Virus record (IMG/VR): IMGVR_UViG_3300046170_000505
Direction: 5' to 3' (one strand)
From: a virus
DNA length: 64,000 nucleotides
How positions within the stretch are numbered: the first letter of the stretch is position 1; the number at the start of each line of letters is the position of its first letter. Positions 1-6,297 of the stretch are shown one piece after another. Position numbers and translations under genes: made by a program. The notes beneath the pieces were generated by a model, which worked only from the letters and a program-made list of their open reading frames with translations, searched no databases and was not told the origin of the DNA.

Positions 1-2
1 AC

Positions 3-332
3 AATCTCGCTTTCCATACTCATCCTTCTTGCGACAACGCAGTTATGGCTCAACTAAACATGGGCGACATAACTATTTCAGTTGTAGCAAACATTGCTAA
101 TGGGGATAGTCTTTATGGTCATCTTGACGATGACGAGTACGAAGTTGCAATGTGGAAAAAAGGAAGTGCAGACATGATTCCTCTTGGTGTTGGAGACGAT
201 GTCCTTGCAAGGCAAACTCCCGCTCAAGTCAGCAAGCTCATGAGAGACGCTCAACTTGACGGAGATGCTTGGGTTGATCTTCTCAGAAAGTTAAGAAAAG
301 ACTTTCGTGACGACTTAGGACTTGACGACTAA
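3..332 (+). CDS. hypothetical early phage protein (probably 5'-truncated by the window edge)
   Basis: ORF 45..332; the frame stays open upstream to position 3. Confidence 0.6.
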   Translation, partial: NLAFHTHPSCDNAVMAQLNMGDITISVVANIANGDSLYGHLDDDEYEVAMWKKGSADMIPLGVGDDVLARQTPAQVSKLMRDAQLDGDAWVDLLRKLRKDFRDDLGLDD

Positions 333-356
333 TCACAACTAAACTATATTACTATT

Positions 357-617
357 ATGACAGAAGAACAAAGAATCGCCATTATTAAAAACGCAGTCCT
401 TGCTAGTCAAGGTTTCCAAAGTGCATCTGTTGACGAATTTGTTGCAGAAGTAAAAACGGAAGATATTGTCACTAGGCATGGATTACTTGATGCCCAAAAA
501 GAAGATGTAGAAGATGAGAAGCAATTTCTTAACTCTGATTCAGCAGAAGACATCGAAGAAGAAGATCAAGACATGGGTGTTGTCAGCGATCAAATGAAAG
601 GAGTCTACCAATCATGA
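357..617 (+). CDS. acidic hypothetical protein
   Basis: 86-aa ORF, co-oriented with neighbours, short gaps. Confidence 0.65.
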   Translation: MTEEQRIAIIKNAVLASQGFQSASVDEFVAEVKTEDIVTRHGLLDAQKEDVEDEKQFLNSDSAEDIEEEDQDMGVVSDQMKGVYQS

Positions 618-691
618 GTTGGGATATTATATTATTCTTGCCTTGGCTTTTTGTTTTTTACATCATGTGGGAGGACTTAAAACATGGATGA
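614..691 (+). CDS. tiny membrane peptide (MSWDIILFLPWLFVFYIMWEDLKHG)
   Basis: ATGA overlap with the upstream stop; fills the gap to the next gene; hydrophobic. Confidence 0.4.
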   Translation: MSWDIILFLPWLFVFYIMWEDLKHG

Positions 692-905
692 TCCTTTTTT
701 TATAGCTACTACAATCGGTGGCAATAGTATGTTCGCTCTTATGGAAGTCGAAGGTAACGAAAAACCAAGACAAGGCGAACACAAGATTTCTGAATCTTGC
801 TTAGAAGCAAACTTAGCCACGGGCAGATTCACCGATATAACAGAACAAGCGACAGGTGCATACGGCAAGCTATATGTCTTGACAGAAGAAATGCCTCAAG
901 AATAA
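684..905 (+). CDS. hypothetical protein
   Basis: 73-aa ORF converging on repeat R1. Confidence 0.6.
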   Translation: MDDPFFIATTIGGNSMFALMEVEGNEKPRQGEHKISESCLEANLATGRFTDITEQATGAYGKLYVLTEEMPQE

Positions 906-966
906 ATAATAAATAAACAAATAGCAAATAATAATATAGCCCGCGATCTTCGATTTTTTAGTTTCT

Positions 967-1037
967 CGTAAGTCGTTGATATTCAACGACTTGCGCGGGC
1001 CTGGCCGCCCTAAGTGCTTGGCACTCAAGGACTTACG
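967..1037. repeat. double-palindrome repeat R1
   Basis: CGTAAGTCGTTGA-tat-TCAACGACTTGCG + CGGGCCTGGCCGCCC + TAAGTGCTTG..CAAGGACTTACG. Confidence 0.95.
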
Positions 1038-1040
1038 CGA

Positions 1041-1373
1041 TTAAATGAGATCGTAGTATTGTGGAGAGGTATCGACCTTATGGCTTATGGTGTCAATCTC
1101 CAATTCCACTCCAGCGAGCTGTTTCTTAGCTTCGTCTATTAATTCTTTTGGAGGGATTATTGGAAATCCATTTTTGCCCCATGCTTCCACCGATTCGATT
1201 TGGTCAAAGTATCCGACGATATGAGTTTCTGAAACTTGATCGCCATAAAGGGATTCGGTCTCATCTCTCCAAAAAGAGCAGGTCAGGATCATCTCAGAGA
1301 TTTCAGCGTTATCAATCGAAACGAAGAAAAGATCTTCGCTTGTATCTATATCATCAATGTTTATTTTATTCAT
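1041..1373 (-). CDS. cassette A hypothetical acidic protein
   Basis: 110-aa ORF between R1 and R2 with its own promoter. Confidence 0.8.
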   Translation of the reverse strand: MNKINIDDIDTSEDLFFVSIDNAEISEMILTCSFWRDETESLYGDQVSETHIVGYFDQIESVEAWGKNGFPIIPPKELIDEAKKQLAGVELEIDTISHKVDTSPQYYDLI

Positions 1374-1378
1374 ACCTT

Positions 1379-1407
1379 AATATCGCTTATATTTTGGCTT
1401 ATGTCAA
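1379..1407 (-). promoter_or_regulatory. sigma70-type early promoter (leaderless)
   Basis: TTGACA-17nt-GATATT-5nt-ATG, A-tract upstream. Confidence 0.75.
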
Positions 1408-1435
1408 ACTTTTTGTTTGTTATTTTGAAAGTTTA

Positions 1436-1506
1436 CATAAACTATTGATATTCAACGACTTACGCGGGCCTGGCCGCCATAAGCGGCTGATAGCCAAAGA
1501 CTTACG
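1436..1506. repeat. double-palindrome repeat R2
   Basis: ..TTGATATTCAACGACTTACGCGGGCCTGGCCGCCATAAGCGGCTGATAGCCAAAGACTTACG. Confidence 0.95.
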
Positions 1507-1738
1507 ACAAATCCATTACAAGCTCGTCTAATCGTGGGTAGTCAAGCCCACTATCATTCCAGGCTACCCCATCAGGAGTTTGATAGCCTATTGAGCTATC
1601 ACCTGAAACCTCTCTTAACGAGTCAACAAAGACATCGTAAGAAGTGCAGTCTTTAGCAAAGCTGTAAAGACCTTCGTCGTTTTGTATCCATAATGCCACG
1701 TTCCAGGTGGCTCGATTTTTCCAGCCGTTATAGCTCAT
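1502..1738 (-). CDS. conserved small phage protein (YNGWxNxxTWNVALW motif)
   Basis: N-terminal motif common in phage hypothetical proteins; stop codon is the terminal TAA of R2. Confidence 0.8.
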   Translation of the reverse strand: MSYNGWKNRATWNVALWIQNDEGLYSFAKDCTSYDVFVDSLREVSGDSSIGYQTPDGVAWNDSGLDYPRLDELVMDLS

Positions 1739-1863
1739 AGTTTCGAGGTGTTGTGCCCCGCCTTCCTCATAGAGTGAAGGGCTTCAGGGCGAGTCATATT
1801 GAATCGGGACATAAGATACATAAGCAAGTCATGACCCGTGAGTTGTTGATTTCTGTCTGTCAT
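1735..1863 (-). CDS. 42-aa hypothetical protein (MTDRNQQLTGHDLLMYLMSRF...)
   Basis: Read by hand; fills the gap between two genes with an ATGA overlap. Confidence 0.6.
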   Translation of the reverse strand: MTDRNQQLTGHDLLMYLMSRFNMTRPEALHSMRKAGHNTSKL

Positions 1864-1864
1864 A

Positions 1865-2050
1865 TTAAGCGAATGCAAGCCAAAGAGCAAGGGCGTCGAT
1901 TTGCTCTTGAACGAGTTCCTTTTCTTGTTCTGCGTTGATGATTAGTTGTTGAGAGCGAATGCAACCTTCGTTTGCGATATCAGACTCTAGGTCGATAATT
2001 TGCTGAAGCTCGTTAATTCTGTCGAATAGGTTTCTAATTTTTTCTTTCAT
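1865..2050 (-). CDS. small coiled-coil protein, first gene of cassette B
   Basis: 61-aa ORF directly behind a promoter. Confidence 0.75.
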   Translation of the reverse strand: MKEKIRNLFDRINELQQIIDLESDIANEGCIRSQQLIINAEQEKELVQEQIDALALWLAFA

Positions 2051-2056
2051 AAGTAT

Positions 2057-2085
2057 AAAGTACCATAGTAAGTAAAGCTTGTAAA
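2057..2085 (-). promoter_or_regulatory. sigma70-type early promoter
   Basis: TTTACA-17nt-TACTTT-6nt-ATG. Confidence 0.65.
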
Positions 2086-2176
2086 GTAAATTCGCACTTT
2101 TTTTGCAATTAATTGAAATACGGGCAAATAAGTTTTACCCCAGGCGGGCATCGATGCACAAAACTTTTAGTTTTTT

Positions 2177-2244
2177 GTAAGTCATTGCGTATCAACGACT
2201 TACGCGGGCCTGGGCCGCCTAAGCGGCTGATATTCAACGAGTTA
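2177..2244. repeat. double-palindrome repeat R3
   Basis: GTAAGTCATTGCGTATCAACGACTTACGCGGGCCTGGGCCGCCTAAGCGGCTGATATTCAACGAGTTA. Confidence 0.95.
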
Positions 2245-2434
2245 GGGAATCTTTTTCGAAAGCGTCAATCATTTGACTCCACTCCCAGAGGTTGCCGTCT
2301 GGATCTTCGTAAAAGCTATACCCAGATTTGGCGTGAGTCAGGATGTGCGAAAATCCTATATTTTCCGCCCAGGCCTGAAAGTCAGCGTCGCGTTTTTCTT
2401 CGTCTAATTGGTCTTGTGTTATTGTTATCTTCAT
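2234..2434 (-). CDS. cassette C hypothetical protein
   Basis: 66-aa ORF; stop lies inside R3. Confidence 0.75.
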   Translation of the reverse strand: MKITITQDQLDEEKRDADFQAWAENIGFSHILTHAKSGYSFYEDPDGNLWEWSQMIDAFEKDSLTR

Positions 2435-2439
2435 ACCCT

Positions 2440-2468
2440 AATGTACCTCTATCCTGGGCGAAAGTCAA
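2440..2468 (-). promoter_or_regulatory. sigma70-type early promoter
   Basis: TTGACT-17nt-TACATT-5nt-ATG. Confidence 0.75.
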
Positions 2469-2494
2469 GAAAAGATTTTACTTTTTTATCTTTC

Positions 2495-2563
2495 CGTAAA
2501 CCCTTGCGTATCAACGACTTACGCGGGCTTGGGCTCCATAAGCCCTTGATTGTCAAGAACTTA
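2495..2563. repeat. double-palindrome repeat R4
   Basis: CGTAAACCCTTGCGTATCAACGACTTACGCGGGCTTGGGCTCCATAAGCCCTTGATTGTCAAGAACTTA. Confidence 0.9.
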
Positions 2564-2753
2564 GGGGAACAAACACATCGGGCTTACGATCCTCTGGCAA
2601 TGGCCAGCCTTTGAATTCCTCGCCATCGAGGTCTTCGAGCCTGAACATGATGCCCTCGAGCATTTCCTCAAGCTGAGCATTTTTTTTCTCCAGATCAACG
2701 ATCCTGCTGAGCAGGAGCTGACTCGTGTGTGTGTATATTTTATTTTCTATCAT
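2553..2753 (-). CDS. cassette D coiled-coil protein (start revised to ATG at 2753)
   Basis: Promoter position favours MIENKIYTH... over the TTG at 2783; stop lies inside R4. Confidence 0.7.
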   Translation of the reverse strand: MIENKIYTHTSQLLLSRIVDLEKKNAQLEEMLEGIMFRLEDLDGEEFKGWPLPEDRKPDVFVPLSS

Positions 2754-2759
2754 ACCCTT

Positions 2760-2788
2760 ATAGTACGACAGAATTTTGCTCAAGTCAA
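2760..2788 (-). promoter_or_regulatory. sigma70-type early promoter
   Basis: TTGACT-17nt-TACTAT-6nt-ATG. Confidence 0.75.
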
Positions 2789-2818
2789 ACTTTTTTTGAA
2801 TTATTTTGCAAGTTTTTC

Positions 2819-2885
2819 TAAGCCGTTGTGTATCAACGACTTACGCGGGCCTGGCCGCCATAAGCGGCTGATACTCAACGACTTA
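2819..2885. repeat. double-palindrome repeat R5
   Basis: TAAGCCGTTGTGTATCAACGACTTACGCGGGCCTGGCCGCCATAAGCGGCTGATACTCAACGACTTA. Confidence 0.95.
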
Positions 2886-2887
2886 TG

Positions 2888-3127
2888 CTAAAAGTCGTAT
2901 TGGTCATGATAGCCATAGTCATAATCCTGATATCGGTCAAAGCTGGGCTCTTCATGGTTACGGTGTACTTCTGACATCTCAGCAGGCTCGTCGCTATTCC
3001 TGACATCAGTGAGTATTTTCTCAAGACGAGCAAGACGGGCAAGCTCTTTTTCACGAGCTTCAAACTCGACATCAGTGATGCCGTTGGCGTGGGCGAGGCG
3101 AGTGAGAGAATCATTTTCATTTTCCAT
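2888..3127 (-). CDS. cassette E hypothetical protein
   Basis: 79-aa ORF; stop 2 nt from R5. Confidence 0.75.
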   Translation of the reverse strand: MENENDSLTRLAHANGITDVEFEAREKELARLARLEKILTDVRNSDEPAEMSEVHRNHEEPSFDRYQDYDYGYHDQYDF

Positions 3128-3133
3128 ATATAT

Positions 3134-3162
3134 AACATAAAGGCATTGCTAACCTGTGTCAA
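3134..3162 (-). promoter_or_regulatory. sigma70-type early promoter
   Basis: TTGACA-17nt-TATGTT-6nt-ATG. Confidence 0.75.
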
Positions 3163-3235
3163 ATCAATTCAACAATAAACGAAATTGGACCAAATAAAAG
3201 GCTTGCGGGCCTCAGCTTAGACATACGATATTTTT

Positions 3236-3304
3236 CGTAAGTCATTGTATATCAACGACTTACGCGGGCCTGGCCGCTATAAGCGGCTGATAGTCAACGA
3301 CTTA
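3236..3304. repeat. double-palindrome repeat R6
   Basis: CGTAAGTCATTGTATATCAACGACTTACGCGGGCCTGGCCGCTATAAGCGGCTGATAGTCAACGACTTA. Confidence 0.95.
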
Positions 3305-3454
3305 TGACTTTATTATTCGATATCGCCTTACGCGACCACTATAGGCAAGGCGGGCTTTAAGTAAAGCTTCAGCCTCACGCTTAAACATCGGAACTGTTTC
3401 GGCTACCCATCCGATCTTAGAAGAAAAGGGGATTGATTCTAGTATGTATTTCAT
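3302..3454 (-). CDS. 50-aa basic hypothetical protein (MKYILESIPFSSKIGW...)
   Basis: Read by hand; starts 4 nt after the upstream stop and ends on the terminal TAA of R6. Confidence 0.65.
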   Translation of the reverse strand: MKYILESIPFSSKIGWVAETVPMFKREAEALLKARLAYSGRVRRYRIIKS

Positions 3455-3458
3455 TTTA

Positions 3459-3653
3459 TTAGTCAACTAAGATTAAAGGTTTGGGTAGTGGAGTGTGGGC
3501 GAGATAAGCCTCCAACTCATTAACCTCCGATTGTGCTATCCTATCAAGATCGGCTTGAGCCGCGACGCACTGCATCATAGCTGAACCTGAGCCATTACTT
3601 GCGGCTTCTAGGTTGTCATTAATTATTTGTTGTAATCTTTGTTTTTCTGTCAT
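3459..3653 (-). CDS. cassette F hypothetical protein
   Basis: 64-aa ORF behind a promoter. Confidence 0.75.
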   Translation of the reverse strand: MTEKQRLQQIINDNLEAASNGSGSAMMQCVAAQADLDRIAQSEVNELEAYLAHTPLPKPLILVD

Positions 3654-3659
3654 AAGTAT

Positions 3660-3688
3660 AAACTAAGGGAATTTTTGTTGAATTGCAA
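3660..3688 (-). promoter_or_regulatory. sigma70-type early promoter
   Basis: TTGCAA-17nt-TAGTTT-6nt-ATG. Confidence 0.65.
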
Positions 3689-3719
3689 TCTTTTTTTTCA
3701 ACTATTTTGCAGGTTTTCT

Positions 3720-3786
3720 TAAGCCGTTGCGTACCAACGACTTACGCGGGCCTGGCCGCCATAAGCGGCTGATAGTCAACGACTTA
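3720..3786. repeat. double-palindrome repeat R7
   Basis: TAAGCCGTTGCGTACCAACGACTTACGCGGGCCTGGCCGCCATAAGCGGCTGATAGTCAACGACTTA. Confidence 0.95.
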
Positions 3787-4098
3787 GAAGATTAAAGGTA
3801 AGTCATTGTTTGCGTGTGACATGACGCAAAACCAATCGCTTGGATTTATTGCGTTGCCGTTAAGCATGGGTACGAAGTCTTTTTGATATACCCCCAAGCC
3901 TGTTATGCCGTTGACTCTTTCCCTAGTGGTAGGGGTATTCCAACCTGCAAGCGAAGCTTTAATTAACCCGCTAGAGTCACGCTTCACAATGGCGTTGCCA
4001 TGTAGCCAAACGGTTTGCCCGTCTGTCTCGGTGTTGCCGACTTTTTTAGATTTGCCTTGTTCAAAGGCTTGTTTAATTTGTTGTGTCACTTTTCTCAT
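3784..4098 (-). CDS. conserved small phage protein (LHGNAI...GWNTPTTRERVN)
   Basis: 104-aa ORF with a motif recurrent in phage hypothetical proteins; stop is the terminal TAA of R7. Confidence 0.8.
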   Translation of the reverse strand: MRKVTQQIKQAFEQGKSKKVGNTETDGQTVWLHGNAIVKRDSSGLIKASLAGWNTPTTRERVNGITGLGVYQKDFVPMLNGNAINPSDWFCVMSHANNDLPLIF

Positions 4099-4152
4099 GT
4101 TATTTGTTTGCGTAAATGGTTGCGATTATTATTCCTATGATTAAGGATGTGA

Positions 4153-4497
4153 TCATGGATGCACCCCATGGTCTAAGAGTTGAACTGCCTCGTAAACCGA
4201 GCATTTGAGATCATCGCAGATATCTGCGAGTTTTTCCTCTCTTGCTTCGGCACGAGATTGACGATAACGGGTTACCTTGCAAAAGCGAGGATCTGCCTCT
4301 GCACCTGCCATCTCTTTAAGTTCGGAGAAAAGATCCCAAGAAACAATTCCTTGTTTGCAAAAGTTGTATGCACACTGCTTGCGTGATACCCCCTGAATGT
4401 CGAAGATGTGCCGTGCCATCTTATCGTTGAAAACGCTCAAGCTCGCTTGAATCAGCTTGTCTGAGATTTTTGAGAATGTTATATGTATTAGTTTCAT
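4153..4497 (-). CDS. cassette G hypothetical protein
   Basis: 114-aa ORF behind a promoter. Confidence 0.75.
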   Translation of the reverse strand: MKLIHITFSKISDKLIQASLSVFNDKMARHIFDIQGVSRKQCAYNFCKQGIVSWDLFSELKEMAGAEADPRFCKVTRYRQSRAEAREEKLADICDDLKCSVYEAVQLLDHGVHP

Positions 4498-4503
4498 AAT
4501 TAT

Positions 4504-4532
4504 ACTATCGCATATGCAGTGCCTTCTGTCAA
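4504..4532 (-). promoter_or_regulatory. sigma70-type early promoter
   Basis: TTGACA-17nt-GATAGT-6nt-ATG. Confidence 0.65.
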
Positions 4533-4572
4533 GCTATTTGAAAATTTTCTTTGAATTATTTTGCTTATTTCT

Positions 4573-4640
4573 GTAAGTTGTTGTTTATCAACGACTTACG
4601 CAGGCCAGGCTCGCCTAACCCCTTGACTATCAAGGATTTA
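4573..4640. repeat. double-palindrome repeat R8 (more diverged)
   Basis: GTAAGTTGTTGTTTATCAACGACTTACGCAGGCCAGGCTCGCCTAACCCCTTGACTATCAAGGATTTA. Confidence 0.9.
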
Positions 4641-4660
4641 GGAGATTTAGTTTTGTATTA

Positions 4661-4921
4661 CTACGCTCTCTGAAAGTCAGGGTATCTCCCCATAAGGTTC
4701 AAAAAATCGTGGAGTGATGGTTCGGTAATCCTACCGTCATCATCCTTCATGCCGTCAATCAAATCCTGATTTGTGACATTTTCGGCAGTCTCAACGATTT
4801 GATCCCAAGTCCAAACATTGTCGCCAACATCTTCCCACAGGGAAATTCCCGACTTTTCGTCGCGTGAAAATTCAAGAAGTCCATTGACCCCTATAACATG
4901 TTTAATCTTAACAGCTAACAT
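4661..4921 (-). CDS. cassette H hypothetical protein (start revised to ATG at 4921)
   Basis: MLAVKIKHVIG... lies 6 nt after a -10 box. Confidence 0.7.
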   Translation of the reverse strand: MLAVKIKHVIGVNGLLEFSRDEKSGISLWEDVGDNVWTWDQIVETAENVTNQDLIDGMKDDDGRITEPSLHDFLNLMGRYPDFQRA

Positions 4922-4927
4922 ACCTAT

Positions 4928-4956
4928 AAGGTAGCATACCCACCAAGCAATTGCAA
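4928..4956 (-). promoter_or_regulatory. sigma70-type early promoter
   Basis: TTGCAA-17nt-TACCTT-6nt-ATG. Confidence 0.65.
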
Positions 4957-5166
4957 CACATTTTTTGCCCAATTATTTGGAAATATTGAAATAGGGTGCC
5001 CACTTTTTTGAATTATAACAAATAGCGTTTATTCACAATAGGCTGGGGGGTGGTATTTTTCATTCTCATTTTAGAATATTACGTTTTCATATATTGGCGC
5101 ATCCAAAAAAAATCGGGGGGGTAAATTTAAAAAAAGGTTTTTTTTATTTAAATCCCGTGTGTTTCT

Positions 5167-5176
5167 GTGTAATATA
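5167..5176 (+). promoter_or_regulatory. putative phage late promoter motif GTGTAATATA
   Basis: Same motif recurs shortly upstream of at least 10 gene starts. Confidence 0.65.
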
Positions 5177-5183
5177 AAATAAC

Positions 5184-5990
5184 ATGAAAGAACTAGATTT
5201 CAGTCAAGCTATAATCCAAAGATTGCAAGATCAAATTGGTAACGAAAAAGAAATAACGATAGAAGCCTGGGCTGCCGAAGAAAAAAGCGGCAAAAAGCTT
5301 AACAAACCATTTAGAACTCCAGGTGGGCCTAAAAAGTTTTCTGTTTATGTAAAAAACGAAAAAGGCAACGTTGTAAAAGTAAGCTTCGGGGATCCGAACA
5401 TGTCAATTAAACGCGATGACCCTGCTCGTCGTAAAAGTTTTCGCGCTAGACACGGCTGCGATAACCCTGGGCCAAAAACTAAAGCTAAATATTGGAGCTG
5501 CAAGATGTGGAGCAAAAAGAGTGTCACCAAAATGACCAAAGGTGAAGAGTCTTCGTTTGAAGAAGCAGAAGAAGAAATGGTTGCTTTCTTGGATGAATCT
5601 GAAAGCAAAAAAGGGTTATGGGAAAATATCCGCGACAAAAAGAAAAGAGAGGGCAAAAACTACAAACCTGCAAAACCAGGCGACAAAGATTATCCAGACC
5701 CTAAAGCTCTAAAGAAAGCTCAAAAATCTTCAGAAGAAAAAAAATCAAAAGCTGATAAAAAAGAAGAAAAAAAAGACGGTGAATCAGGCTTAACAGACGA
5801 GCAGAAAAAACTTCCTGATTTTATTAAAAAGAACTTGCTTAAGAAAAAGAAAGCAAAAGCTGAAGACAAAGAAGACAAAGACGACAGCGGTTTAACCGAC
5901 AAACAAAAGAAACTTCCCGACTTTATTAAAAAAAATTTAAAAAACAAAAAAAAGACAGACAAAAAAGAAGGCAAAGAAGAAAAGAAGTAA
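5184..5990 (+). CDS. Lys-rich protein with a conserved phage domain (KLNKPFRTPGGPKKFSVYVK...RARHxC...YWSC); possible internal head/DNA-binding protein
   Basis: Recognisable motif from large marine phages; duplicated GLTDxQKKLPDFIKKNL; very basic C-terminus. Confidence 0.7.
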   Translation: MKELDFSQAIIQRLQDQIGNEKEITIEAWAAEEKSGKKLNKPFRTPGGPKKFSVYVKNEKGNVVKVSFGDPNMSIKRDDPARRKSFRARHGCDNPGPKTKAKYWSCKMWSKKSVTKMTKGEESSFEEAEEEMVAFLDESESKKGLWENIRDKKKREGKNYKPAKPGDKDYPDPKALKKAQKSSEEKKSKADKKEEKKDGESGLTDEQKKLPDFIKKNLLKKKKAKAEDKEDKDDSGLTDKQKKLPDFIKKNLKNKKKTDKKEGKEEKK

Positions 5991-6008
5991 TTTTTGTAAT
6001 GTATCATT

Positions 6009-6260
6009 ATGCCCCGAAAAAATATAATCGAAGAGTTAAAAGTCGGGGCTCCTGAAATTCCTACAAATACTTGCTCTTATATTGATTTTGTTTTAGAAAT
6101 TCTTAAAGAAATTAAAGAGGAATCACCATCCCATCAAATTGGAGAAAAAATAGATTTAATAGAAAGCCACATGGAGTATCTTAGGTCTGCCAATCAGACT
6201 CTAAGAGACGGAGGGGAGTATTGGTACCATCAATGCAAATCTCAAGCTTCCAAAAAATAA
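6009..6260 (+). CDS. hypothetical protein
   Basis: 83-aa ORF. Confidence 0.7.
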   Translation: MPRKNIIEELKVGAPEIPTNTCSYIDFVLEILKEIKEESPSHQIGEKIDLIESHMEYLRSANQTLRDGGEYWYHQCKSQASKK

Positions 6261-6297
6261 GAATTGAATTTATAAATACTAATCAGTATAATTTATT

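Noticed and set aside
1148-4386. Plus-strand ORFs 1148, 1236, 1753, 2113, 2408, 3905, 4180 and minus-strand 2875..3162
   Set aside because: They overlap promoter-supported minus-strand genes or read through the repeats (recurring INDLRGPG translation); shadow ORFs
967-4640. CRISPR array interpretation of the repeats
   Set aside because: Repeats are ~68 bp and degenerate; the intervals are 250-800 bp, unequal, and contain promoters and genes; no cas genes
967-4640. Calling the repeats bona fide integron attC or dif/Xer sites
   Set aside because: They lack the RYYYAAC...GTTRRRY single-hairpin layout and the XerC/D consensus; no integrase in the window, so only an analogy is claimed
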